This document shows, in pieces, positions 23,301-36,673 of a DNA stretch of 64,000 nt (within the stretch, counting starts at the first letter, position 1; every line of letters starts with the position of its first letter). A program made the translations under genes and the position numbers. Source of the stretch: Marsupella aquatica (Eukaryota; Plantae; Marchantiophyta); the NCBI GenBank assembly GCA_973895155.1, contig OZ316891.1:7743808-7807807 (forward strand), read 5' to 3'. Below the pieces are notes generated by a model, which made no database searches, had not been told where the DNA came from, and saw only the letters and a list, made by a program, of their open reading frames with translations.

Positions 23301-26300
23301 CAGACTGTAGCCAAGTGGTTTCTCTCCGTACACTAGGTGTTTGTGTCAAGTGACTATATTTCTCCAGGCAATTGCTTTTCAAGATGAAACACATCGTTCT
23401 ACTGTTACACACGTACAGAGAAGGAAACTCCCACGAGGTGTGTTTTGTGCAGTTGTTTTCCTTGAAATGCTCTACATGGTCTTCTGTAATTTTTGTGACA
23501 AGACTCGACGATTCTATGATCATGAGCTTTATGAGCTATTCCATTCCATGAATTTCATCCGACAATGACGCATTTCATTATACCAGGTTTTCCTCGGTGG
23601 TAACTAAACACCACTAGGATACCATGCTTAGTAAACTCGAGAGTATACTTCACCGAACTTGACTGCAGGTGATCTTCATTCCATTGTTTACATGTAATTT
23701 GGAAACAATTTTGTCAAAAGCAATCTATGCCAAACAATTTCAAGCAATGTCTAAGCGCTTGACGTGCATGCTGCGCTCATTTAAAAAAAATCCTTTGGAG
23801 GTCTTAATCTACCCACAGATCTTCACAACTAAAGAGGGGGCTCCTGAATAAAGAATGACACAATTCCACTTCACTACTTAGCCAAAAGGTGAAATAGAAC
23901 CCCTATTTCAAGGCCAGACACTACAGTACACGGCATTCGCTTTAAGGGAACTTTGATGGAAACGTGCGCGACAGGTGAATGACTTGTGGTCTTGCCTCGA
24001 TTACCCTCTGGAGGTGGATTCATGCCCACCTAAACTTCCGTCATAAGATTGCCATATGTCGAATTTTTCCTGAATCAGATTTTCATGTACGTCAAACTGC
24101 GAAATCGATAAATGAATTCATTTGGTTTTCTTCTTAAATTCCAAAAGTCTGGAATTCCATCACCAAACGAGGGCAATCAGTTTCAGCATAAATGAATGGT
24201 CAGTGAATGGTTTGCAAGCTGAAGCAGTCCAAGGCAGCTGCATCCTTGTGGGGTACATATCAAGCTCTTTCTTTTCTTTTCCCTGTTGGTTTTACTAGTT
24301 CTAAATTTCGGGGTTTGCATTCGCTCTTCGTTTGGTGTTTGTCCGATTGAGCTTTCCCTTCATTTTTGGTGTTTGGTGTTCGTCAGCTTCAGAACTTTTT
24401 GCTTTCCCTTCATTGTACTTTGTTATTGGCCCTTTTTTTCCACTTTGACAAAAACTTCATTTGAGCTAAAGGTTGTTCGAGCAGCATATAATTACATTCT
24501 TGAATGTGTACTGAATTTGAACTTCGGGCAGACGGTTGAGAACCATCCACGTATCTCCCCACTGTTTGAGAGCACGATGCGAACTTGGTGTGCCTCTCCT
24601 TATCTTCATGCCCCAGCGGCCATCACAAAGCCAGGTGGAAACCCGGTTTACTCTTATGATTGGGGACGGTCAAAACTGCCGCAGTCTCGAGCTCGCTCCA
24701 CGATTGCTGGAGCCAAGAGCCCTTTGGGCAGGCCCCGGAAGTAGCAAGGCAGGCCCAAGATCGATTCTGCATGTCCTTCAGAGCAAGGTCTAGCTATCAG
24801 GTGTCATGCCCAGCGACCTTCTAACTTTATCTGCTTCGGTAGACTGAACAGCCTACTCAGTAAGCAGACTACGAGGACCACCCCAACTAGCTTCGTTGGT
24901 CTAATCCGAAACGGAAATGTCAATCATTTAGGCGTACGAAGGAGATAGATCAAGACCGCCAGGTAATACGTGCTATACATTCATGACTGCTCAGTGGTGC
25001 TCCAGACAGTGCTCAATTGCTGACTTACCTCAAACTCGACTGTGACTTTTCTAAGGCTCAACATTTCGTTTAAAGAGAAGAGCCATCGCACGCACACAAC
25101 AGATACTGTATTGGCAAACTGATGATTATCATACAAACTTTGAAGTTTGGACAAAATTGGTACAGCATTGTGAATGCGCAAACAGCGCGGCTTCTCTGCG
25201 TGAGGGAGGGAACTATGGTGGAGAAATGGGAGGATCGAAGAGGCTACGCACAGGACTCTCTCTGTTCGTCTATTCGACGAAGGAGTCTCGCACAGTTTCC
25301 TTACGTGAAATGCTCCATGATTTTATGAATTTGTGTCAGGATTTGTTAATGACAGTCTTTTTACGGTATGCTCTTCCGGTTGCCAGGGCACTACATGTCT
25401 TTTTCAATACCAGTTCATTTCTTGCGTTCAAAGGAATTATGAGTCCCGGTCATAAACCTGGAAGCCCGCCTTGGAGGCAAACACCCTGACCTACACTTGC
25501 CATTCCTCAGTCCTCACACTAAAGCTCAACCCACACCTCTCTGGTGGTATCCTCCGGACGCAATCATCCCATTTGCTCCCATGCTCGTGGAAGTCCTCCC
25601 ACTACCCAAAAAGGCAACGGTCAGGCTCACTTTCGTCAGAATCATGAACCTGGGTCGGTACCGAGGGTTTAGGGACGGTACAGAAAATCGTAAGCCTTCA
25701 GATTACACCTACAGTCAGTGACTCGAGAGCCTATGACATGCAAATTAAACAGCTACAGTGTTGACTAGTACGTAGTATGAAAGAGCACTCTTGGATAATT
25801 ATGACGAGTCGCTGAGTGGGCTCCCGTGCTCGGCCAATAGCCTCTGAATCATGGATCTATCCGTGACGGTTCACCTTATGGCACGATGTGGCCAGTTCTA
25901 ATACATTTGACGCTTTCCGGATCTGCCGTTCAATATTGTGTGCCTGTCTCTGTCCCTATCACAATTTGACTGTGTCATGTTCAAGTTGAATAGTGAGGTG
26001 GTCCGTAGTTTAGACAAGAGTCACGAGTGGTCAGCAAATCAGTGACGCAAGTTCTGGAAAGTAATTCGCGAAATCATGCTACCAATTGGACGTCATACTT
26101 CCATGCCCGATAAGTGTCTGTCAGATTGATCGCCAACACCATGGGCTGAGGAGTGGGGGCCAGGTGTAGACGGGTAAGACAGTGAAGAAGCCTGTTTCGA
26201 CGTCACTGTGGGCTCCTTGAGGACATTTGTTTGACATAGTTCCCCACCTGATCGTTTCTATCCATTTTTAACGCTCCTACATTCGGCGATCTTATCCGGA

Positions 26301-26500
26301 TCAGGAATGTCGATTAGAGTACACTGGACATGACGCGCCGAACGAGCCGTCTGGCGAAGCATACACGGTCAGTGGAAGCCAAAACCTGAAAAACCTTTCC
26401 AAATCGAGGTTTTGCACCTCACGAATTTACGAAACTATGTGTCCCACCGGCGAAACGATATTGTAGGTGAACAGGTCATCCGGTATGCCACCAGACAGAT

Positions 26501-26608
26501 TGGAAGGGCAGGTGTGAAGTGGAAATATTATTTCTGAGAAATCGGGAAGGTAATGGAAGGGCAGGTGTGAAGTGTAAATATTATTTCTGAGAAATCGGGA
26601 AGGTAATG
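26501..26608. repeat. 53-bp near-perfect tandem duplication
   Basis: TGGAAGGGCAGGTGTGAAGTGxAAATATTATTTCTGAGAAATCGGGAAGGTAA x2 with one mismatch. Confidence 0.95.
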
Positions 26609-28180
26609 CTGTTCTAGATTATTCTTCAAGGTAAGAGAACCTCATTTTCGACTACTCGCACGATTGTGCAGTCCTTTGTCCGAGCTAGCCCTTCAGACAT
26701 ATCCTTTTGTGGTCATTTGCGACATTCAATTGGTGAGAACCTTGAGGTTCGCGTTACAACCTAGCTCAAGTTCTTCTGCAGTGCAACTAAGTAGAATTTT
26801 TCAAGTCAAAAGAAACAACTTCATAGTTGGAGATGAATTTTCTCAGACACGTATGTTTGCGAGGCAGACTGAGCTTCTATTTTCATGGACTACCGTAGGA
26901 TTGAAAACAACCTTAAAGAGATCAGTCGTTTGAGGAACTCACCTTCCCGACGTCTGACACAGTGGAGAGTCAGCCACCATGAACGTCTACATGAGTAGTA
27001 TAATGTATCACTTGTCGAAACCATGATAATTACAAAAACGACACGTCTGTTCCTGTGTCTCGTGTGGAGCTCCGGTGCCGGCCCCATGCACACTGGAGGG
27101 TCGCCGAAGACACCACGGCTCCACCTCGACAGTGGTAAAACGCCTACAACCCATTCGCTCCCACATATTTGGACCTCAGTCTGTGCATTGCCCTCCTGGA
27201 CAAGAGGCGAATGCGTAAGACAACATTCTCTTCATCCGTCTATCCCGTCTCGTGGGGGAACTCATCATTCCAGTCCCCATAAACTGTGGATGGATACGAC
27301 GAGGTATCCACTCCTGTGATTATAACCTGAAGTCAGGCCTGACATACAATTCCCGGCCCCAATATCCTTGGAGGGGATTCGGGAGAGAATTACGGGAGAA
27401 ACAGTGCACTTTTTAGATTCCAGGCAAATGACAGAAATCTCTTCGGCGAACAGGCAATGGTCGGTCGCTATAGAAAGCAATATGCATCTCTGTGACAATC
27501 GTTCAACGATGACAAGGCTGTGGAAGTAATTGGACTGTACGTAGACAAGTTGTTTCACCTCAAACTTCATGGTTTATGTTCGGTAGAGGTATTTACCTCC
27601 GTCAACGTTTTAATATTTGTGCTCATTTTTCGATCTGATATGGATCAGGATCACGACCCTACACAGGAATTGACGTACCGGGATGTGTACTTCGACATTC
27701 GAGATAAGATTATTCACTATTCATCCCAGGGAGACGGAGTAGAAGACAATGTAACAGTTTTGCAATTGAGTTACTAGCTCAGATGTAGCAAACAGTCTCC
27801 TCAATTTTCTTGTCTCAGACCCCGCAACGACACGAGTCTTCTTGGTGATCGATAAATGGGGGGCACTGATGTAATACTTTACTTGGGGACGGACCTGTGC
27901 GTCAATTCCTGAATTACTGTCATTACATGAAGTCTGCGGACTTTCGGCGACGCGACTGGAGTATGATTGAATAGTCGGCTGGACCAGACTACGTTCTTAG
28001 CGGACTTTCGGCGACGAGTAGATAGCACATGCAGGCATGGCAAGTTCCCTTAACAGTCGAGCCATTCCTGTGCTCAGCTCCACAAATAAGCAGTGTCAAG
28101 CGAATGAGTGCCACTCCAATGTACAGTAACAATTGTCACGCCGTGTCACTTTTTAAATTCAGAGCATTGGACAATGTTGT

Positions 28181-28284
28181 TTCGCATGCCGACAACTCTC
28201 TCTTCGCATCTAGACAATTGTTACTTCGCATGTGGACATAGTTTCTTCGCATGTGGACGTTGTTTCGTAGCGTGTGGACATTTC
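28181..28284. repeat. ~21-bp minisatellite, about 5 copies
   Basis: TTCGCATGTGGACAxxGTTTC-type unit; one further isolated copy at ~28349. Confidence 0.8.
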
Positions 28285-29647
28285 GATTAAGGGAAGGTGT
28301 CCGCAACCTGAATATTGCTGTCGCGCCTGCTGATCGGCCCATGAATTCTTCGCATGTGGGCATTACGATTTAAGGTGTCGGTAGAGTACTGGATTTCGCT
28401 TCCGTGAAGCATGCAGGCATCTAATGTTTCAGTTTTCTGCACAACTTACTCAGTGTCGACTTCATTTTCAAGCAGCTATTAGATAGCTAATCGAAGTTAT
28501 CACGGGGCAAAGAATCCGTTTAGTCAAAGGGATTGACTTTGGGCTGGGAACAGAGGCAATGGTGTGGAACCACAATTTAATGAATGCCCAATCTCCACGA
28601 TCCGGAATGCTTGTGATAAAAGTCCATTCCACTCAATAAACTGCATTATTTGATTGAGTTACAACAGTTTCCGGAGCTGAGTTACAAATATGAGCTCTGT
28701 CCGATACAAATTCAGTCAGTGACTTCTCGCTTTTGAATTATGGATCTAAGTTAGATCACATGAGCTTTACACGTGGTGTTCGGATTCCCATCCAAAGGAC
28801 GGCGTAATCGTAAATCTGAAAAGCTATATAACGCGCAAAAAGCAAGTGATCTCCGCAGGATGATGGATAATCAGCGGTTTTGAACTTTCATCGTGTCGTT
28901 ACTACGTTTCTTTCTTTTGAGAACGGGTCTTTAGGTAGCTCCCCGACTCATCTATGAACGTGATACTGTTCCCGCTCAGTTCCCGCAAGTGAATTGATGA
29001 CTGCTCCCTATGTACCAAAGCGAAGACCGCGGGTCGAAGCTATTTGATCAGACCTGTTGGTGACAACGACACCTAAGATTAGACCAAAGGCACACAGTAC
29101 AACTGGTAGCAGATGGAACGAAGGAAGCCCGACAGACTCTACAAAGCTCTGGCCTCATGAGAAAAGGACTGCGATTCAGATAGAGCTAAGACGTACCGTA
29201 TCAAAGAGGAATGACCAAAGACTTCTATCTGGGTGAGATTTCTAGGGACAAAATTCGGAGTCTCATTCCAAACGAATGCTTCAGAGGCTTGATGAAAATG
29301 TCGGCACTAGTAGCTATCATCTCCCCAAGCTACAGCGAGTGATTCAACATTGGGCTCACCTCAGCATCGACGAGTGGGAAAGGTGTCGCACGGTGGCGAG
29401 TATCATGGTGCACTCCAGATGAAGTACATAAACCACCGGATCTTTGCCCGATTGCAGCCTGATGATCCGGATCCAAGTTGAGCCGATAAACTGTCCGCTT
29501 AAATGCATCTCAGCTCGATAGAAGGGACTGAATTCCAGAATGGTACAAAAGACTATGAAAGGAATCCACAATGCGCCTTCTGAATGAGCTCCCTCAGTCC
29601 AAACAGTCCCATCCAAGGCTTCACGCCAATGGTGAAGATCAGCGCCA

Positions 29648-30379
29648 CTAGCATTGCTGCAGACTAAGATTCAAGTCGAGGTTCAAGCTCTGCTGCCGCC
29701 GCCGACGGCTGTCAGCCACAAGCTGTGGAAGTCGATTGAAATCCACATCCTCCTCGTCTCTCTCCCTCTTGGTCTTGAGGGTCACGTAGGGGCAAGAGCT
29801 ACTAGTGCTTACACAGGGCCCATCCGAAGTCGTAGTCGCCTGATTCAACGATCCCCCAGTCAAGACATTTGTAACAGCCTCCTCACACAGATGCCATTTG
29901 TTCGATGTCTTGAGACCGACAGCTCCTGAGACGGGGCTCACTGTCCTCCCGCAAGCTTCATGAAGCAGAGATTTGAACAATGCTGCGAATAACCACATAC
30001 CACGACTTCAGTACACAGAATTTCGGTACAACCACCTCTCCATGTGGATTGCTTGGAGATAACGCCGTCCGCAAACTTTGCAATAACAAATCATTTCGAA
30101 GGTTTAGCGCGTCAGATACATTGAATCAAGACATTTCAAGGCCACTGGCGTACGCACGGGAGAAGCTGCAGTCATACCTGGTCTCTCGTCTGTAGTCACG
30201 TCCTGCAGAAGCTCAAAGAACCTTTTCCTCCCGAAGTACTTGGCCAGGAACACCGTCGCATTCCCCTGGTAGACCTTGTTGCTCCTCCACAACGTCTCGA
30301 GACATGGCTGCAGCACGCAGTCATCCTTATCGCACCTCTTCCTCAGGCGTCTGCACCCCTCACACACATCGACAGACAT
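29648..30379 (-). CDS. LBD: Class II LOB-domain (ASL/LBD) transcription factor, 2 exons (30379-30178, 29982-29648), 178 aa
   Basis: CEGCRRLRKRCDKDDCVLQPCL, GNATVFLAKYFGR and ERP/ALFKSLLHEACGRTVSPVSGAVGL..WHLCEEAVTNVLTGG match class II LBD. The GT-AG intron joins in frame (537 nt total). C-terminal LDLNLSL EAR-like motif. Confidence 0.93.
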
Positions 30380-31244
30380 CTCGATCGCTCGCAATCCGAG
30401 CCAAGCTGAGCTAAGCTAGGCAAACCCAGTCAGCCTCTGACGCACGCTTATTAAGCTCCACCTTGATAATCAAGTCTCTTCGTCCTCTCCTCTCTTTCAC
30501 TCCTCCGTTATAAATAAATATTCCCAGACATCCCGCACACGAGAAGAAAGAACCGCATGAACTATAAACCCTCTTGCCTTCGCTGCATATGGACAGGTAC
30601 GTCCGGACTCCGAAGAGGTCAGTGCAGCAGCAGGAGCATGTCTGGCGTCACGTTGGGATCGCAGCAGTGTAGTACCACGGCAGTAGAAGTAGTCGGAGGA
30701 GCACTCGTCTCGACGTCTGACGTCCGAGCACAAGCTCGCATTCAAGTAGACAAAAAAAATCGCCCACTCATTGGGAGTACAGTAGTAGTAGTAGTGAGAT
30801 CGCAGCACCACTGCTCCTACTCCAATCCGACGTGCTCGCCCAGTCTCCCAGGAGTCTCAGCAGAACGATCAATGATCGCTCTGATAGGAGAGTGAGCATC
30901 AGCGTTCAGCAGCAAGGATCGAGCGAGTGAGTCAGCGCCAACACAGTGATGAGTGTGCATGAGCAGCAGAGAGCGCTCGTGGCTTTTCTTTGGAGCAGCA
31001 CTGCAGCAGCAGTAGTGTAGAGACAGACAGCGCTCGTGGGGGAGCTAGAGCAAATTGGGCTTTGGGCTGGCCAACAGAATTCGGCTCTCGGGTCTGGGGA
31101 TGGGAATGGATCGAGAAGAGATTGGGAATTTGGGATTTTGCGAGAGAGTATGATGCCGAACAGCGGATCGTCTGTCTTGTACTTACTCTGCTTCTCGAAC
31201 GGCGGAGGTTCTCCACGTCCTCTGGTGCCCCGAAGAGTCTCTCT

Positions 31245-31355
31245 TCCCGGCCTGCCCAGGTGCCCACTGTTGCCCGCCTGCCCGCCTCGCCGGCTCCCCT
31301 GCCCGTCTTCCCTGCCCGTCTTCTCTGCCCGGCTGTCCTGCCCGGCTGCCCTGGC
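31245..31355. repeat. GC-rich low-complexity (CCTGCCCG-like) tract upstream of the LBD gene
   Basis: About 7 imperfect CTGCCCG units. Confidence 0.6.
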
Positions 31356-34300
31356 GCGGCTGACTGGGCGGTCAGTGAGGCAGTCGGCCGGCGGTGAGCC
31401 GATTTTTATTTATTTATTGCACGGGCTTTCGGTTGGGGCGAAAAGAAAGACGCCAGCATTAAGTTACGAGCATTGATTAGCCCCCTAAGATTTCCTGTAA
31501 TCCGTTAGCAGCATTAATTCAGCCAGCTTGGCCTCCTAGAGTCCTAGGACTCATCGACGCCGTTAGATGGTCCTAATCGCGAGGCGGATGGTAGAAATCA
31601 ATGCTACCGCTGCTAGATTGGTGATTTATTGGAGCTGCGCAATATCAGAATATGGGTAGAAGAAAAAGTAGGCTTTTGGCGAATGCTTTCAAATTTTACC
31701 TTTGTTTTGGCTTGCTATCGTTAGAGTAGCTAGGGATGTTGGTGGCTTGACCTGGCAACTTAATTTAGCTGGCAATACATACTTAAAGAGGGGGCCCCAA
31801 CTATTAAACTATACCTCCAAGAAGGGAGGGTGAGTAGGCATGGTGAATTGGTGAATGGAACAGACGCAAAACAGGCAAAGAGAAATCATGGGGAATATTG
31901 GTGAGGTAACAACTTGACGAACATTCGACCAAAAAGATTTGGATGAGCTCTCTTGGGAATTTATTTATTTGTGCCAATTGTGTCCCACCATTCATGGTGA
32001 AGTCATTTATGTCTGTCAATTGTGTTATGCCTGTTACTAACATAAGGTGGAGACCAGGGTGGAGACATGAGGGTATTTTGTCTTCACATTTCTGAAGTGG
32101 TATTTATGGTGCTCAAATGGTGCTTGAATCCAAATAAATTCAGTTTGTTTGATACATATCCCAGCAAAGCATAGCCCAGCCATAGCAGTACACATTTGGG
32201 TAAGGTGAGGTCTGAAGTTCAAGTATCACTTTCAGACCAGTTTTTTGCACAAACCCTCAATTACATCCCAAAGTATGGTTCACCAAAGTCCTTTACACAC
32301 AAAAAAATTGACACTAAGAAATATTGGAGATCAGTGTCTTTCTTATCACCTAAATGGAAATGAGCAGCATGTAATAGTGGGACCCAAGGGACTGTAATAG
32401 ATAAATGAGTTTCTCACAAACCACCAACCTGAATCAAAAAAGTAGGGTGATAGACACTTCTCAATTTATCAGGTCACCTTGTTCAAAAAAAAGTAGGGTG
32501 TACACACGTCTCAACATTTATCCGATCAGCATCGCATCAACAATTCCAACCCATATGCTGGCTGACAAGTTAGATCCCCATTTGTCTTTTTGTTGCCTCA
32601 GTCTCATCTTTTTGCAAAGTATCTAAGTGTCGTTCCATGACTCAATGGTGCACAGACCTGATATGTGTTTTGTAGCATGGCAGGGATGAGGGAACCAGCT
32701 GATTCCATCTCATTTTTGGGCAACTAGGGGATGTCAATCATCCTCCCAGCGCCCACCATGGACACCCGTAATGTTTTAACTAAGTTTGCACAATCAAGGT
32801 CAGGAAGTTTAATGGATTTCCGTGGGACACCTGTTGTAAGTGCTTACTGGATTTTCCAGTCACATTTTGTAGACTTCAGGAAACAATTCCCATTGATGAA
32901 CTGTGATTAACTGAATGGGACATCTCTCTCAATTTCTTTGGGGGCTTCACTGAACTTTTAAAGAAACCTTGCATCACACAACTTCCTAGGACGACATAAA
33001 ATGATACACCAGTACAATATATGCTTGTGTCTTAGTTGGGACCATACTCCAGAGTAAATAATCTACTATGTTGTAGCATTCTGCATTGAGAACTTTTCAC
33101 TGGCAAGTGAGTTGTTACCTATCAATAAAAAACCGCATACTTGCCATGCAACTACCACAATGGGGAGGGTATCTACAGGGAGTGCATTCAGGAAAACAAG
33201 TAACAACTACACAGTTTGATTTTCAAGAGGTTGTCTAACTTAACAGCTCAACCACCAAAAAACAATCCAAAAACAATTTCAACCAAAAGTCCATACGGTG
33301 CATGTACTTGTGTGCCATTGACAAACTGGGGCAAGTGCATTGCATGAGCAAGTGGAGTGACAATGAGTTTCGATCCTAAGACCTGGTCACCCTTGCATAT
33401 ATATTGCAACAGCCGGGGAGGCTTCCGCCAGATTAGCATTTGGTAACCAGTTCATACACTGTTTTAAGAGGTGGATGGAGTTGATTGGGACTGTTTAGCA
33501 TATAATTAAAATGGCCACCCACAGAAAATAAAATGAAAAGTCCACGTGGGCCAAATGGTTTTTCCAAAAGACTCCCATGGAATGATTTTATAAAAAATTC
33601 TGATTATGTCATGGTTGTAGCTCCCAGCACAATCTTTATTTCTCACCCTAGGTAATATCCACTGTGAAACCTATGTCACTGGAGTGGTGACATAGTTTTC
33701 CTCTCACACTACCCTGCACATGACATTTGAAAACAAGGATGAAAACTTCTCAAAAACCAAACATGGCATGAAACATTTTGAAGAGACATGGGATGGGTTC
33801 CACCAATTTGAAGGTACTTCACTGGAAAAAGAATGAAATAAGGTACAATATGTAAGGTACACAATTGTTCCAAGCACATTCTCAGCACCTAGTCATAGAA
33901 CTACTATCCTGATTACCCATTCTTTAACCTAAATAGACATGAAGACAAAACCATTTCTGCAAAAAAAAGAATTCTACTTTATTTTCCTTTTCATCCTTGC
34001 TCCAATCCCTGTTTGTTGTCCACCCTCACTTTCAATTTTGTCCTTATTTAGAGTCAGAGTCAGTTTTGTCTTTATTGAGGCTTCACTCTGGACAATAACC
34101 CTGGAGAGTATTGCAAGGTGGTCATGTAGTCCCTCAATAATACAGCAAATTTCTTTGTAAGTGCACCATATGTAAGTGCAGGTTTCCCGTCACTAAACGA
34201 CAATATATATAAGGGCATTTTCAGTCTATAAGAGTACAGATGCATTAATCAATGACTGCAGCACATATGTTAGAAGCATTTATTGATAAGTGCAACAGAC

Positions 34301-34824
34301 AACTACACATTGTAGTTTCATGCACTTATTTGGTTAAATCGTGCACTAAGAGGATTTTGGGTGTGAGAAGTCCATGCATGTGACCTGACAAGACATCTGT
34401 GGAAGGGCGAGTGATTTCATAAGCACTAATTGGAAAGTGCAACAGCCACATATGAAGAAGTGCAACATGCACTTATGATGAAGTGCATAACATGGATAAC
34501 TGCAGGCTTGGGGTGTCTTCCCGGGAGCCTGCACTTAGGCACGGTACAAGGTAGACTATATCATCCCAGGCTTTTCCTAGGGTCTAGGTAACTGCACATA
34601 TATGGTGTACGACATGCCTCCATGCCTCCATACCATGATAAACCTTGTTATTTTCTTTCTTTAAATCAATGAGTGCATAGGATATATCACTACATTTGGA
34701 TATGTGTGATGCAGGGCTTTTTCTGTAGTGGCAAATTTCTGGACCCCTTGACAGGGGTGGGCCATCATTCTGTCCTCTCTCTTTCAACCTTCTATTTTCT
34801 GGCAAATTTTCTGGCCCCCAATGG

Positions 34825-34948
34825 GGAGTGATTTTCTTGATGAGACCCCAAAATGAATTTTTGGGTACATTGGTTCAAGGTCAATCAAGGATTGCTCAGG
34901 GGTCTATCAAGTAAGGCAATTCATTTTGGGGATCAAGCCAATCACTCC
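34825..34948. mobile_element. Internally deleted MITE related to 2953-3112
   Basis: Left arm GGAGTGATTTTCTTGATGAGACCCCAAAATGAATT. The right-arm reverse complement GGAGTGATTGGCTTGATCCCCAAAATGAATTGCCTTACTTGATAGACCCCTGAG shares CCCCAAA..TTACTTGATAG with the first MITE. No clear TSD. Confidence 0.6.
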
Positions 34949-35546
34949 TATTTTGGGCATCATTCTGTGCTCTTTGTTTCAAGCTTCTATTTTCCAGGCT
35001 GCATTCTGTGCCCTTTGTTTCAAGCTTCTATTTTCCAGGCTGCATTTTCCTCTCCCTGCCCTGGTTCTGGCAGCTTAGAGCTTCATCTAATTCCTGGAGC
35101 TCTGTGCCCCCTTTTTCAATTAGACGCACGAGAGCAGAGCACTGCGGAACTGAGGAAGCAGACAGAGGAATTCCATTCGACCATCCGGGAGCCTAACAAT
35201 GGTAGCCTAGAACGTTCTTGAACCTCGTGAGATGTGATGCAGAGTTTGATTCGATCTGGTTTGGGGAACTAACAGTTGACTCTTTAGGTCCGAGCTACAT
35301 TTTGTCGAGTTCTTCTGTACTAGTGCAATGCCTGTTTTAATGGTAGAGGGCTTGATCCAGAGCGGACACTCGAAATGTTCTTTCTCTATCTGCAGAAGGG
35401 CACTGCGGTTCTTGGTTCCCTAAATTTAACCTGCCGTTCCAGTTCACCAAAGTTTTGTACAGAGAACATTCTTCGATGTAGAGTGGTGTATACTGTGGAG
35501 GAGGAAAGTGAAAAATATTCCTGACCATGTCTTTGCTCATCGGTTG

Positions 35547-35829
35547 CGGTATGAGGAAGCTATCAAGGATTGTGATACGGCTGTCGAGAGTGGCAGAGAA
35601 GTGCGTGCGGATTTCAAGATTATTGCACGGGCTTTGACTCGGAAAGGAACTGCTTTATGTCAAAACTTCGAAAGATTACATACCCGCATTGAAGCCTTCA
35701 ACAAAGCACTCACTGAACACCGTAACCCAGACACGCTGAAAAGATTGAATGATGCCGAGCGAGCAAAGAAAGAATTGGACCAACAGGAATATTTTGATCC
35801 AGTGGTAGAAGATGAATAGCGGGAAAAAG
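35547..35829 (+). pseudogene. HOP: Single-exon fragment of Hsp70-Hsp90 organising protein (TPR2A region)
   Basis: RYEEAIKDCDTAVESGREVRADFKIIARALTRKGTAL..(shifted frame KTSKDYIP)..IEAFNKALTEHRNPDTLKRLNDAERAKKELDQQEYFDP..DE*REK, followed by a GTAAGT donor. Two compensating frameshifts and one premature TAG. The rest of the gene is absent. Confidence 0.88.
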
Positions 35830-36339
35830 GTAAGTTGTGCTCTCAGACTGCTTTTACTGTCTTGTAGCAATATCCTACGGAGGTCTTTCCTGAATTGTTC
35901 AATCCCTTTAGTCCTCAATGACACTTTCAGGTCGATGACCTTGATGCCAGTAATGGAATGCCGAAACATTAAATTGGCTCCTTGTGTTATGAGAATGGTT
36001 TTACTGGAGTTTCTTCCGGCTCTTAGTAGTCGATGTTGGCACATGGATCATTGGATTCTGGGTGTTCTTGATATCAGTGACTAGCACATAATGAGCACTC
36101 ATGAGTCCCATTTACCCATTGTGATGCAGAAATTAGTTGGTGATGAGCTCAATTGGCCTGCGTACTGTATGCGGCTGTAAAGTTTGGGCTTTAACGCTGG
36201 GCTTACTCCTTGTTTGGGAATTCATAACAAGTTTAACACTCCAATGGGATGGAATCTCCTTGGGTCAAAATTGTTCTCTGCCTCCCGAAGCAAATCTTCC
36301 TGTGGTTGCTAATAAGCTCTTCAACTGGTTCGATTTCAG

Positions 36340-36673
36340 ATTTTCAAAGCTGGTCTAATGGCTGGTGTAACACCAAAGACACTCGGACTACCTGAGCATG
36401 GAGAAAGTATGCTTTCAATGGTTCACCACTTGGACAATTTGGGAATAGCCCCGCAACTGCAGGTATGAAACAAACTAACCTGTGATATTAACAAAATATA
36501 TCATTCCAGAGCACAGTAATCCTCATTATCTTGTTTTGGGAAGTGAGTTGAGTAAAAAAATTGAAGTTCTTCATTAACTCATTCAAAGTGTTTGGTCTTC
36601 AGGGGGCACCACCAGGATAACACGAACAAAGTCAAGGTTGGCATCTTCCAAGAGACCTGTGAGGGACCTTTGA
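36340..36673 (+). pseudogene. Last two exons (36340-36462, 36603-36673) of a Borealin-related gene, frameshifted
   Basis: IFKAGLMAGVTPKTLGLPEHGESMLS then a frameshift to NGSPLGQFG resembles the plant Borealin C-terminal motif VTPKTLRLPKxGEMxLSVxGSPLG. AG/GT sites flank the exon. The next exon continues in frame to a stop (GGTTRITRTKSRLASSKRPVRDL*). Confidence 0.65.

Noticed and set aside
20695-25721. ORFs 20695-21174, 23071-23523, 24286-24744 and 25157-25489 as genes
   Set aside because: No recognisable motifs or consistent exon chain; likely chance ORFs.
30497-31476. Overlapping ORFs upstream of the LBD gene
   Set aside because: Explained by GC-rich low-complexity leader/promoter sequence open in several frames.
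31800-33500. Possible SWIM zinc-finger TE remnant (CTCP on the minus strand at ~33335; WPVCGTNL at ~13660)
   Set aside because: Motifs are too short and the frames too broken to support a call.
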